56,663 nt of DNA from a virus. Taxonomy: Duplodnaviria; Caudoviricetes. This document shows positions 1-9,585 of the stretch, piece by piece. The notes beneath the pieces are model-generated. The model was not told the origin of the DNA. It saw nothing but the letters and a program-made list of their open reading frames with translations, and ran no database searches. The stretch's first letter is position 1. The number at the start of each line of letters is the position of its first letter. The stretch spans positions 1 to 56,663 of IMG/VR virus record IMGVR_UViG_3300008108_000092; one strand, given 5' to 3'. A program made the translations under genes and the position numbers.

Positions 1-18
1 GACTGTGAAGCAAAAGTA

Positions 19-1068
19 ATGAGAAGTGAATATGAAAATTTAGTTAAGAAACTACCAGAATTAGAAGGCGTATTTGAGCATATTGAAGACGAAAAAAATC
101 GAACGTATGTGTTAACAGTCACGTTTGAAGATTTAGAGCAAAACGACAAATATATGCTAGAAAAGTTGCTTTTATATAGACAAAAAACTACACAGTACAA
201 GTCTACTATTACTAAGACAACAAACACTTTAACATATGTTATTATTGGATTGATGTTCGAGATATCAACCTCTGCCAAAGACCAATTTGAACGATTGTTT
301 AGAAAAGACATAGCAACAATATATCCAAATCTAACTGTTCAAGGATCTGATCAGTTTTTAGCTCGCATTTTTAAACATTTTAAATATTCATGTGTAGAAG
401 AAAGCATCTATCATTTAACTAATAAACTTCCTGAACTTAAGGGAATTTTTGAATCTACAGAAAAAGTAGAAGAAGAGTTTTATTTTACAAGTGAAGAAAC
501 ACAAGCAATTGAAGAAATTGCAGAAGTTGTTCAAAAATTAGTTCAAAGTTATGAAGAAAGGTTAACAGCATTAATGAAAAGTGCAAGAATTAGGCGAATT
601 TCGTTACAAGATTCACATTTTAATAAATATATTGCTGTTACACATCTAAGAAACGATTTAAGACTTCAGATTGGAAAGATTTGCAAAAAACATTTTCAGG
701 ACGATGTGGGTAATAAATTTGGTAATAACTTTTATGTATTATATGAACGAATTTTTAATAAACCACTAAAAGGACTTGATGAAATTGTTGTTCAAGGTGG
801 TGTAGCAGTAATGCTTGATAATGAAGGAGTATTTGAGATAGACTTCGACACATATGATTATCAATTAAATGAAATAATAATTCCAGCTAGATTAATTGAA
901 CCAATTGAAATTAAAAATTTTTTAAAAAGACTTTATACGGAATGGATAAAAGCAACATTTATAAAAAGGCCTCTTGCTTTTCCTAAAATGTATTTAGAGT
1001 TACGTCAAGAGAAGTTAAAGTATAATAAGCTAAAGCAAAAGCTTCCCGAGCTAGAAGATATATTTTAA
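19..1068 (+). CDS. Hypothetical protein, probably 5'-truncated, with three KLPELxGIF-like motifs
   Basis: Frame is open from base 1. Motifs at 49-75, 424-450 and 1039-1065 (C-terminal). No recognised family. Confidence 0.8.
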   Translation: MRSEYENLVKKLPELEGVFEHIEDEKNRTYVLTVTFEDLEQNDKYMLEKLLLYRQKTTQYKSTITKTTNTLTYVIIGLMFEISTSAKDQFERLFRKDIATIYPNLTVQGSDQFLARIFKHFKYSCVEESIYHLTNKLPELKGIFESTEKVEEEFYFTSEETQAIEEIAEVVQKLVQSYEERLTALMKSARIRRISLQDSHFNKYIAVTHLRNDLRLQIGKICKKHFQDDVGNKFGNNFYVLYERIFNKPLKGLDEIVVQGGVAVMLDNEGVFEIDFDTYDYQLNEIIIPARLIEPIEIKNFLKRLYTEWIKATFIKRPLAFPKMYLELRQEKLKYNKLKQKLPELEDIF

Positions 1069-1073
1069 CAATA

Positions 1074-2663
1074 TTAAAAAATTCCATCTAATTCTGGAAG
1101 TTTTGTTTTAAGTTTTTTGAATTTAAAATAATTATCAATTTTTTCTTGATCTACGCCTATATCATAATGAGCTGCTGTTGGCAATCCATTTAGATTTTTG
1201 AAATTGCCGTCTCTATGATAATATGGGATAACCATTGTATTTTTTATTATACATTCGTCTCCTCCTTCAAATGAGTTTAATATTCCATTTATTTTTAAAT
1301 TTCCATCAATTTGTGTCGGTATATGATGTAAATTAGTTAATGATGAAGCGATAACCAAATCTCCTTTGATGTGATTTGGACATCCCTCTAACGAAAATAT
1401 TTCAGAGGCACCAACAATTTGGAAGTTTTTTTCGATTTTAGTGTCTGATAGTTTCAAAAAGTTATCAATGGAAAATTTCGAACAATCAATTGTTAACGAG
1501 CCATTAACGAATTGTGGAGCAACGCAGATCTTGTCTTTCAATGTTATTCTAACGTCTCCGTTTATCTTATATTTTGTGATATCAAACTTTTTAGTAAACT
1601 CTTTTAGATCGATTTCTAATTCATCTTTCGGCGATAAATTTATAGTTTTTGTCCCGTCGGAATTTAGGATGGGAATATATTTTAATTCGAATAACTCATC
1701 GAACGTTTTAATGTCTTTTAGTTTTATTAAATCGTCAAACGTTTTAGTGATTTTTTTAGAAACTTTAAAAAATTGCTTGCTTACCCCAATAGTAAGATTT
1801 TGAGCTAAATTTTTATAAGATTTAGATTTTATTGCGTTTGAAACAGAATCTCCGTAATAAGCTTTCGTTCGAAGAAGAGGCAACATTAAGCAGTATCCCG
1901 TACTTCCACTAGACCATTCGTTAGTATATATTCTCGATGAAGTTTCAAGAGATTTAGTAGAAACAAACTTTCCCGTAAAATTATCATATAGTTTAAAGAA
2001 AAAATAAGCGTTTTTAAAAAACTCTGGAGAAGGAGACTTACCAGATAATTTAAATCCGTTGTGTTCAAAAGAATTGTCAATATTATAATTTTCAATATCT
2101 TTACGATAGGCTAAAATAGCTAATTTAACAGAACTTTTTGGGTCCGAATGATTTAAAATTAGTGGCTTATCAAGCCAAATAAAATTGTAGTTTTCGTTTA
2201 CTAAAAGTCCTTTAAAATTGTTTTCTATATCCGAATTTACAGGAATTATATAATCTCTTTTAATATATGAAGAAAATAATTCTGATGGAATCGATTCATT
2301 TGTTTCATAACTTGTAGCTTGAGTTGCTGTATTAATAGAAGTAAATGGTCCTAATAAATATGCTGTATTAAAAATTCCAACAGAGCCATCAGCAAACCTA
2401 ACAGCAAACTTAGCGCTCATTGTTCCTCTTTTATATCCAATAATTGTTCCTACTGTATTAAATTTTGAAAGATTTTTTATAGGATTTTGAGCTTTAAAAT
2501 TAGCCAACATTTCCTTTAGATTTTTTCCGCTACCTCTTACAATTACAACATCGTGTATTTGAAATGTAGCTCTGGGACCAGGAACATCTGTATATCCGTT
2601 AGGAACATCATTAGTTCTTTCGGTTATTAGAGTTTTTTTAAAAAGCTGTTTAAACAAACTCAT
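1074..2663 (-). CDS. Hypothetical protein with degenerate LRR-like repeats and C-terminal KLPELDGIF
   Basis: 529-aa ORF. Repeats SLEGCPNHIKGDL, NLHHIPTQIDGNL and NLNGLP near the C-terminus. Confidence 0.8.
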   Translation of the reverse strand: MSLFKQLFKKTLITERTNDVPNGYTDVPGPRATFQIHDVVIVRGSGKNLKEMLANFKAQNPIKNLSKFNTVGTIIGYKRGTMSAKFAVRFADGSVGIFNTAYLLGPFTSINTATQATSYETNESIPSELFSSYIKRDYIIPVNSDIENNFKGLLVNENYNFIWLDKPLILNHSDPKSSVKLAILAYRKDIENYNIDNSFEHNGFKLSGKSPSPEFFKNAYFFFKLYDNFTGKFVSTKSLETSSRIYTNEWSSGSTGYCLMLPLLRTKAYYGDSVSNAIKSKSYKNLAQNLTIGVSKQFFKVSKKITKTFDDLIKLKDIKTFDELFELKYIPILNSDGTKTINLSPKDELEIDLKEFTKKFDITKYKINGDVRITLKDKICVAPQFVNGSLTIDCSKFSIDNFLKLSDTKIEKNFQIVGASEIFSLEGCPNHIKGDLVIASSLTNLHHIPTQIDGNLKINGILNSFEGGDECIIKNTMVIPYYHRDGNFKNLNGLPTAAHYDIGVDQEKIDNYFKFKKLKTKLPELDGIF

Positions 2664-2674
2664 TATATATTAAA

Positions 2675-3082
2675 TTAAGGTCCAACTAAAGAACTTTTTA
2701 ACTGCTTGTCATAATCTCCAACTACAGCTTTAATTTCGCTAGGTAAAGGAATTTGATGTAAAGTTAATGTGTGTGCAAGTCTAGCAGCTAATGCTTTATC
2801 TTGAACTACGGTTTGAAGTAAATTTTTAGGTAATTTAGTTTGTTTAGAATGAACTAATTCTATAATAGTTTCGTACGCTTTTTGTGGAGATAAAGAATTT
2901 GCATGTTGAACTTGAGAAGTAGCGTGTTTGAGTTCACTTGGTGAATCTGCAGCATGACTTCCAACCATAGTTCCTAAACCCAAAGCAGCTCCTGCTAGGG
3001 CTCCCTTTAATGAAACTTTTTCATTAAGAATTAATACTTGTTCATAAGCTTGTTCCATTAAAATTTGATCTTTATTTTTCAT
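2675..3082 (-). CDS. Hypothetical protein with a hydrophobic Ala/Gly segment, possible internal virion protein
   Basis: 135-aa ORF. Leader ends in ILNE, followed by ALAGAALGLG. TAAATA lies 5 nt upstream. Confidence 0.7.
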   Translation of the reverse strand: MKNKDQILMEQAYEQVLILNEKVSLKGALAGAALGLGTMVGSHAADSPSELKHATSQVQHANSLSPQKAYETIIELVHSKQTKLPKNLLQTVVQDKALAARLAHTLTLHQIPLPSEIKAVVGDYDKQLKSSLVGP

Positions 3083-3104
3083 ATTATTATTTATTAAAAG
3101 TCTG

Positions 3105-4436
3105 TTATGTTTGTTCGGAATTTGGTTGATCGAGCAAGCTAGAATTTATTTTAATGCTTGTAGCTCCACTTGAAACAACATCTCTTGAAAAATCAGGAGC
3201 ACTAACTATTGTTACTAATTCTAATAATTTATCTTTTGTTATAGATTTTATTTCATTATATCCTAAAACTACAGCTTTACCAAAAGTTTTTGATGTCGAT
3301 ATATGATCGAATAAAACAAAATACTTAAAGTTGTCTAAACTAATATAATATTGAAAATTGAACAACAATAAATTATTTCTCAAGCTTATTCCCAATTCAA
3401 CTCCTCTAGTTGTTTCTTCGTAAGCGTTGTTGACTGCATTAATAATATCGGAAAGGTTAGCTTTGATAAAAAGTTTATGAAAACCGTTTGCCCACAAATC
3501 AATTAAATCTTTTTCATTGAATTTTTCTCTAGTTATTTCGTTAGGCTTAATTTGAATTTTTTCAGAATCTAACCATTGGTTTATTTCATCTTCATTTGAT
3601 AGCGTTTCGAAATGTTGTTTAATTTGCTTTAATCTTTCAGTTATACGCTTACCGAACACATCCACAGTTAATCTATTAGCATTGTTAATCTTAAAACTAA
3701 AATTCGTGCCTTTTCCCCCACCTGGTTTTGCAGTAGCTTCAGGTAATTCTGCTAAATCCGACAGCATTCCGTAACGAGTTAATTTTTTTGCTAATTCGTC
3801 TCTCCAATATTTTGAACAGTCAATGGGAGTACCAAACGTATTTTCTTTTCCTGAGCGTAAAATTCCCGAATTTCCTTTTAGTTCTACTTTTCCTCCTTCT
3901 GAACCAGTCAATTCTAAATCTCCTCCATCCGAACTATCTTTATTGCTTTTTGCACGTTTCTGTAAATTTTTAACAGCAATACAAAACAAATACTCGGCTG
4001 GACCACTTCCCTGTTCTTTTAAAGAAATTAGGGATTCAATGAGTTCAGAACTGAATCCAGCGGTTCGTAACCCCTCAATGAGATTTAACGTTTTTCCTGA
4101 TATATTTTGAAGAGAAATTTTACTTTCTTCATCTAGTATATATTGAATAGTTTTTTCTGGATCTTCACTGTAATGCTCTACATACAAAGCAATTTTTTTA
4201 GCGGTAGCCTCGTTAATTTTTTTATTGTCTTTTAAATAGTCTATTAATTGAGTTTGTGAGTTTTTTTGGTTGGCTCCAAGTAAACGTCTAATTTTATTTA
4301 AAAGTTCTTTGCTTACATTATTAAATTCTTCTAATTCCGCCCCTTCGTCATCTCCTTGCATTAAAATAGTAGATTCTTTTAATAAAGAACCTTTTACGTC
4401 CTCATAAAGGGTTTTAATCGATTTACTAAATTTCAT
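3105..4436 (-). CDS. Hypothetical protein with a PD-(D/E)xK-like motif
   Basis: GPAEYLF...GGDLEL...KVELKG. Start moved from 4448 to the ATG at 4436, downstream of TAAATA at 4451-4456. Confidence 0.6.
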   Translation of the reverse strand: MKFSKSIKTLYEDVKGSLLKESTILMQGDDEGAELEEFNNVSKELLNKIRRLLGANQKNSQTQLIDYLKDNKKINEATAKKIALYVEHYSEDPEKTIQYILDEESKISLQNISGKTLNLIEGLRTAGFSSELIESLISLKEQGSGPAEYLFCIAVKNLQKRAKSNKDSSDGGDLELTGSEGGKVELKGNSGILRSGKENTFGTPIDCSKYWRDELAKKLTRYGMLSDLAELPEATAKPGGGKGTNFSFKINNANRLTVDVFGKRITERLKQIKQHFETLSNEDEINQWLDSEKIQIKPNEITREKFNEKDLIDLWANGFHKLFIKANLSDIINAVNNAYEETTRGVELGISLRNNLLLFNFQYYISLDNFKYFVLFDHISTSKTFGKAVVLGYNEIKSITKDKLLELVTIVSAPDFSRDVVSSGATSIKINSSLLDQPNSEQT

Positions 4437-4505
4437 ATACAATATCAATGTATTTATGCAAACAAAAAATATTTTTTAAAAGAAATAACTTAATTAAAAT
4501 AATCA

Positions 4506-4814
4506 ATGAAATCAAAAAAAATTAAACAAACTGCTCCAATTAAAGAAGAAAACGCTCCTTTAGAAACAGTGGAAACGACTTGGTCTAATGCTAACCTAGA
4601 AGAAACTTATATGGATTTACACAAAGAGCGAGCTGTGATATTAGAGAAACTGCAAAAAGCTGAACAAGAAGCTACATTTTGGAAAATAAAAGCTCAATTA
4701 TATGGAGAGAAATTCGGACAAGCTTTGAAGGGGTTTTTGTTATATGAAGGTAAACACGAGCTTTTTGCTGAACGTGAGAGACAAAAAGTTCTTAAAGACA
4801 TTCAATTAAGTTAA
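4506..4814 (+). CDS. Hypothetical charged, coiled-coil-like protein
   Basis: 102-aa ORF, E/K-rich. Confidence 0.65.
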   Translation: MKSKKIKQTAPIKEENAPLETVETTWSNANLEETYMDLHKERAVILEKLQKAEQEATFWKIKAQLYGEKFGQALKGFLLYEGKHELFAERERQKVLKDIQLS

Positions 4815-5174
4815 AGTTAAAAGATATTTTAACTTGTTTAATACTGACAGAATTTCATCTCTAATGTTTAAGCAATCAGTATCCGTATTTGGGTTGTGAA
4901 CTTGATTAAAATATTCGCTTAAATATGCTGTAACTTCTCCTAAAACATCCATTATCGAAATTTCATTATAATTAACTAATTCGAAAATAGCCTCTCCATC
5001 AAACGAAAATTGACCGTGCTTTCCTTGATGTACTTCTACGAGTTGATCTATCAGCTCATCTAAATCATTGTATGCATTACCAAAAGCTTGATGCTCAGAA
5101 TATTTACGAGTTTGCCAATGAAGTACTCTCAATTGATTTTGGAGTTTAACTAAATTCAAAATAATTTTATCCAT
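4806..5174 (-). CDS. Ferritin/Dps-like four-helix bundle protein (DUF5856-type)
   Basis: LHWQT..YSEHQAFG..Y..LDELIDQLVE and NIRDEIL..LNKLKYLLTL match this phage family as I recall it. Confidence 0.85.
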   Translation of the reverse strand: MDKIILNLVKLQNQLRVLHWQTRKYSEHQAFGNAYNDLDELIDQLVEVHQGKHGQFSFDGEAIFELVNYNEISIMDVLGEVTAYLSEYFNQVHNPNTDTDCLNIRDEILSVLNKLKYLLTLT

Positions 5175-5218
5175 CTTGATTTTTATTTATTAAATTTGCT
5201 TGTTGAAATAACAAAAAA

Positions 5219-6025
5219 TCATATTTTGAGTTTAAGCATTTCACTCGCATATTTTGTTATATTGGGTAGTGTAACAATATCAACATTAGCATCCAAATGA
5301 CTGGTTAATAATTGATAAGTTGTGTCTATTATAGGAACGTTTTTATTAAAATCATAAAAAGTATATTGTTTAAATATATAAGATAAAAACATTGAAATCC
5401 AATTTGGTTCTGAATAATGAGAGGACAAAAATCTTGAGAATTCTTCAATACAAGGTTGTTCAGAATTAAAGCATTCTAATTGTGTATTACGAGCTTTATG
5501 CACATAATATAATGATTTAGCTCGTTCAAACGGATCTCGTATGCTAATAAACAATTTTATCTTATATAATGTTTTTAAATAGTCTAAAATCAGGCTCAAC
5601 TGTTCTTGGCAATGATCTTTAATAATAACAGAGGTCATGGCTACAGCAAAAATATAAAAGCATTTTGAAGACGCGTAGTCTATAAATTCATTAGTTGACA
5701 TGCGGTGAATGTTTTCTGATATTACAAACTTCGGATTAGCAATGCTCGGATTTTGAGTAATATAAATTAACGCAAAAGGTTCTTTCGATTTGTCTGTAAT
5801 AAAAATTGCTCCTGCCTTATTTTGATGTAGTTTTTTGCCGTATAAACAATAAAATTTGTTTAGTAAAAAAAAGCTTCCTCTAACATAAGTTCCTCCACAT
5901 TTAGGAATATGAATGAACACAGGTATCTCATTTTGCTTTACTAAATCAGTAAGCCCGTTTATTTGGTCTAGTTGGTTTTTAAGAGCAAATTGTTCAATTA
6001 TCTCTAAATGAGATTTTACAATCAT
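5219..6025 (-). CDS. Sulfotransferase-like protein
   Basis: 5'-PSB-like motif FIHIPKCGGT and 3'-PB-like motif RDPFERAKSLY. Confidence 0.7.
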   Translation of the reverse strand: MIVKSHLEIIEQFALKNQLDQINGLTDLVKQNEIPVFIHIPKCGGTYVRGSFFLLNKFYCLYGKKLHQNKAGAIFITDKSKEPFALIYITQNPSIANPKFVISENIHRMSTNEFIDYASSKCFYIFAVAMTSVIIKDHCQEQLSLILDYLKTLYKIKLFISIRDPFERAKSLYYVHKARNTQLECFNSEQPCIEEFSRFLSSHYSEPNWISMFLSYIFKQYTFYDFNKNVPIIDTTYQLLTSHLDANVDIVTLPNITKYASEMLKLKI

Positions 6026-6132
6026 ATTTTTTAATGTTAATTTTATATTAAATTTGATTTTTTAAATTATAATGTCAAATTAAAGCTGTTGTTCTTTTAA
6101 AGGAAATGGCAGAAAAACAAGTAATATAGAAT

Positions 6133-6741
6133 CTATGGATTAGACGCCTGCTGCCACCCATACGTAGGATATGGCGGATAAGGAGCTGATTGTCCGGCAG
6201 GAGCAACATGATGATTCATAGCATATGATGCATTGCTCCAATCCAGATGTTTGGCATATTCGTCAGCTGAGGCTGCTAAATAATCTGTGTATGCTGTAAT
6301 AACAGAAGGATCTTGAGTAGCAAGTGAAAGCTTATTACTAACAAAATAGGTGTAATTTGATTGCCATGTGCTTTGTGTATAAGTTTTTGCTTGACCATTG
6401 AAGTAAACTCGTTTGTCTTTTCTTTCTGCTGAAGTTGGGGGCACAGCACAGGTTGTCAACCAAAAAGAAAATGCGTTTTGTGCACCTTGTTTATTTTGAG
6501 CTCTAATTGGATTCATGACGGGATCTACCACTGTGTGATGGACGGCATTATAGGCAGTATCTAAAGCATCTTGCCAATCATTTTTTTTAGAGATTGTTGT
6601 TGCTGCTGCTGTAGTGTATGCATCAGCTGTAGAATTGCATAGGTCTCCAAGCTGATTCTGGAACTGAGTCCACTCATAGGTAGCATTACCGTTAACGTCG
6701 GTCTTTGGTCCAGTAAATGGTGGGGGTATTTGAACAGCCAT
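6133..6741 (-). CDS. Hypothetical Ala/Thr/Gln-rich protein
   Basis: ORF visibly more GC-rich than its neighbours. Start is 6741 or 6747, with TAAGTA at 6748-6753. Confidence 0.7.
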   Translation of the reverse strand: MAVQIPPPFTGPKTDVNGNATYEWTQFQNQLGDLCNSTADAYTTAAATTISKKNDWQDALDTAYNAVHHTVVDPVMNPIRAQNKQGAQNAFSFWLTTCAVPPTSAERKDKRVYFNGQAKTYTQSTWQSNYTYFVSNKLSLATQDPSVITAYTDYLAASADEYAKHLDWSNASYAMNHHVAPAGQSAPYPPYPTYGWQQASNP

Positions 6742-6756
6742 ATACATTACTTATGC

Positions 6757-6782
6757 AAACTCCCTGTATTTATGCGGAGTTT
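6757..6782 (-). promoter_or_regulatory. Hairpin with a late-promoter motif in its loop
   Basis: Minus strand reads AAACTCC-GCATAAATACAG-GGAGTTT, followed directly by GCATAAGTA. Confidence 0.45.
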
Positions 6783-6822
6783 CAAGTAACAATTAAAGTT
6801 TTTTTGTAGAATAACTTTTGAG

Positions 6823-8319
6823 TTAATTTATTGGCCAGACCATCAATTCGGAAGAATTAAGCTTTTCTCCAGCTAAAAATTGTATATTTGGAATAACACT
6901 AGACAAAGTTATCATTTCTCCGGATGATATTTTTGAATTGTTAATAGGTAACACATATCCTAACAAAGCAATCCATTCGGTGTTTCCGTCATAAGGCTGA
7001 TATATAACTCTGTTTTGATATTTTAAATGTTTTGCGTGTGTTGATGGATAAGGATTAGGAAATGGAATTTTGCCACATGCAGTATATGGATCTGTGGTTA
7101 AAAAATACAATCCCGTAGTTTTATTTTTTAATAAAAGTAAAGGATAAGAATTTTTAATAGGTGTTGATGACACATTACAAGCTTTAATGTTTTCTGAATT
7201 TGGTTGAGATGATAAAATGTTTTGCGAATTGAAAACGTTTTGATATAAGGCTATTTTTTCTTTTGGTTGTTCTATAAATTCAATCAATTGAAATGTAGCG
7301 TACTGATTTAAAGCAGCTGCTTTATTTGAAACATCTGAAAGTTTACCAAAAATTGCATATCTTCTATAGCGAATGCCTGTTCCGAATGGCATATTAAAAG
7401 AGCTTTTTGATGGAGCAATTAATGACATATCTCGTTCAGCGTTATTTACTAAACCAAAATTAACGGCCATTGATTGCGTGGCATTGCCCCATACGAGACA
7501 ACATGTATTAGATTGCGGAGTTTTCGGATCAACAGTATGAGCTCCCCATCCCCCGTTACTTGAAATTGCACCCGACTGAAATGGTTTATTATTTATTTTA
7601 AATGTTGAGGTCCCATTAATACCCTCAATCATATTTGGATATTTGCTTGGTCTTACTGCCCACCAAGGAGTTTCAGCAAAAGTATAAATTCTGTCTCCAA
7701 AATTATAACAATAAAAAGTGATTTCTAAAACACCATTGCCTAAATCTCTATACCGAGAATAAAACAGCACATCCCCTCGATTTATACTGGGTTTTGGTAC
7801 TAATCCCCAATTAATGATTGTATAACTTCTATCGACAGAATTAAAATATTCCGCCAAAATTGGATTATAAAAAGGACTTTTGCTTAAAGGGTCCATATGA
7901 GGTTTTATATACATGCCGGAACCGTGTACATAACCATTAGTCCAATTATCATTATACGGACCTACTTTTAGTTCTGGAGAAGAATCAACAACATCATATC
8001 CTTGAACAGTTGTAGTCATGCAGTCGTCATTCCATGCAGAAAAAACTCGCTGAGGGCAAATGATTTGACCTACTCCTTCAATATTAACATAATATAATTG
8101 TCCTCCTTTACCAATGCGTATTGTCCAGTTTACATCGGAAGGTCCTCCTTCAGCATTGTGAGTTAATTGCGTGTGAAATACATCAGCCTCAGAATAAGGA
8201 TCTTGTGTAGGGAAATCCGACCAATTAATAGTTCCGTTTGTAGCATGCCAGAGAGACGAGTCAAAGCTTACAGAGTCTTGCTTGGTGAAAGTTCCGGTAT
8301 TATTCGATTTAACTTTCAT
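6823..8319 (-). CDS. Hypothetical beta-rich protein, possibly carbohydrate-binding
   Basis: 498-aa ORF rich in W/Y/G/N. No catalytic motif identified. Confidence 0.7.
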   Translation of the reverse strand: MKVKSNNTGTFTKQDSVSFDSSLWHATNGTINWSDFPTQDPYSEADVFHTQLTHNAEGGPSDVNWTIRIGKGGQLYYVNIEGVGQIICPQRVFSAWNDDCMTTTVQGYDVVDSSPELKVGPYNDNWTNGYVHGSGMYIKPHMDPLSKSPFYNPILAEYFNSVDRSYTIINWGLVPKPSINRGDVLFYSRYRDLGNGVLEITFYCYNFGDRIYTFAETPWWAVRPSKYPNMIEGINGTSTFKINNKPFQSGAISSNGGWGAHTVDPKTPQSNTCCLVWGNATQSMAVNFGLVNNAERDMSLIAPSKSSFNMPFGTGIRYRRYAIFGKLSDVSNKAAALNQYATFQLIEFIEQPKEKIALYQNVFNSQNILSSQPNSENIKACNVSSTPIKNSYPLLLLKNKTTGLYFLTTDPYTACGKIPFPNPYPSTHAKHLKYQNRVIYQPYDGNTEWIALLGYVLPINNSKISSGEMITLSSVIPNIQFLAGEKLNSSELMVWPIN

Positions 8320-8513
8320 ATATTTTCAAATACATTAAAAAGCGAACCTTCTGCATTGGTTTGTTCTTCTGCTTCAAACTCTATAGGAGTATCACTTTCA
8401 TATGTGTATTCGTTTTTTGGAATATTGTTAAGTTTTTTAATTAAAATTTTTCCAGAAACTCCTGAGGATCCTCCTACAGGTTTAATTCGTCTTAAATGTG
8501 AATTTGTTTGCAC
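8316..8513 (-). CDS. Small hypothetical protein
   Basis: GTG start 6 nt after TAAATA (8520-8525). ATGA overlap with the next gene. Confidence 0.6.
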   Translation of the reverse strand: MQTNSHLRRIKPVGGSSGVSGKILIKKLNNIPKNEYTYESDTPIEFEAEEQTNAEGSLFNVFENI

Positions 8514-8543
8514 ATTTAATATTTATTACTAACTTTAGTAAAA

Positions 8544-9260
8544 TTAAGAAACAGTAATTGTAAACGACTTACTTCCTGTTCCACCCAAATTAGTTGCTGT
8601 TATTGTTACATTATATACTCCTGCTGCTGTAAACTGACCGGTTATTAACCCCGTACTTGTGTTTACAATTAATGCAGAAGGTAATCCCGATGCTCCATAA
8701 CTCGTTGGTGTATTTGAGGCTGTTATTTGATAACTGAAATTTCCCCCAACTGTTCCTGTACGGTTAGAACCAGAGCTTGTAATTGATGGCGGATTAATTT
8801 GGCCTTCAATGACTCCTACTTTTGTACTTGTAGTAGCAAGATTAGTGTTTGTAGTAGCAAGATTAGTGTTCGTAGTAGCAAGATTAGTGTTCGTAGTAGC
8901 AAGATTAGTGTTCGTAGTAGCAAGATTAGTGTTCGTAGTAGCTAAGCCTGTTTCTAAATTAGTTGCTCGACCTTCTAACGCAGATGTTCTTGCCTCCAAA
9001 TTAGTAGCTCTTGTTTCCAATGCTGTAAGTCTGTTTTTGATAGCTGTTAATTCGTCATTTATAAATTTCGTATTATAATAGTAATCAGTAGTTCGAGGAT
9101 GTTCTTGTCTTGGTGGAGAAGTAGTTACTGTTAAGGTATTTGATCCAACTAAAATGTAAGAAAGTTTTGGGATGTTGGGAACTTCAATTGTTGTGGGAGA
9201 CGGAGATGATCCTTCAGGAGGATCTGGTGGAATATTTTTACCTGGATATTTTGTTATCAT
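8544..9260 (-). CDS. Coiled-coil fibre-like protein with a C-terminal putative Ig (He_PIG-like) domain
   Basis: Heptads (NLATTNT)n, then FSYQITASNTPTSYGASGLP..VNTSTGLITG..GVYNVTITATN. Confidence 0.8.
   Translation of the reverse strand: MITKYPGKNIPPDPPEGSSPSPTTIEVPNIPKLSYILVGSNTLTVTTSPPRQEHPRTTDYYYNTKFINDELTAIKNRLTALETRATNLEARTSALEGRATNLETGLATTNTNLATTNTNLATTNTNLATTNTNLATTNTNLATTSTKVGVIEGQINPPSITSSGSNRTGTVGGNFSYQITASNTPTSYGASGLPSALIVNTSTGLITGQFTAAGVYNVTITATNLGGTGSKSFTITVS
8830..8942. repeat. 21-bp tandem repeat, 5 copies plus a partial
   Basis: Unit GTAGTAGCAAGATTAGTGTT(C/T), encoding one coiled-coil heptad per copy. Confidence 0.95.
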
Positions 9261-9294
9261 AACATCTTGTTTATTTAAACATTACTAAGAGAAA

Positions 9295-9585
9295 TTAAAC
9301 GATTATACCTAATTGTTTCAATAATTTATTTCTTTTTTTTATCAGTTTTTCTACTTCATCTAAGATAGTCAGTCTTTCATTTGTTTGAATAACTTTCTCT
9401 TCAGACATTTTATCTTCAATTTCTTTGGAAAGTTTTTTAATTTGAATTAAATATTTTAATGCTGAAGCTTCTGTAGGAGTTCCTGAGTACGAATCTAATA
9501 TTATATCTGTAGTCTTGTCGAGAAGTGACTCAAGATCTTTACTAAGATCTTTAAAATTATTTAGTACTGTCTGTTCTTTGAGCAT
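9295..9585 (-). CDS. Hypothetical helical protein
   Basis: ORF 9295-9633. The ATG at 9585 (MLKEQ) is the more plausible start. Confidence 0.6.
   Translation of the reverse strand: MLKEQTVLNNFKDLSKDLESLLDKTTDIILDSYSGTPTEASALKYLIQIKKLSKEIEDKMSEEKVIQTNERLTILDEVEKLIKKRNKLLKQLGIIV

Noticed and set aside
6040-6078. Sigma70 promoter (TTGACA on the minus strand) for the sulfotransferase-like gene
   Set aside because: No convincing -10 element at 16-18 nt spacing, and the DNA is very AT-rich.
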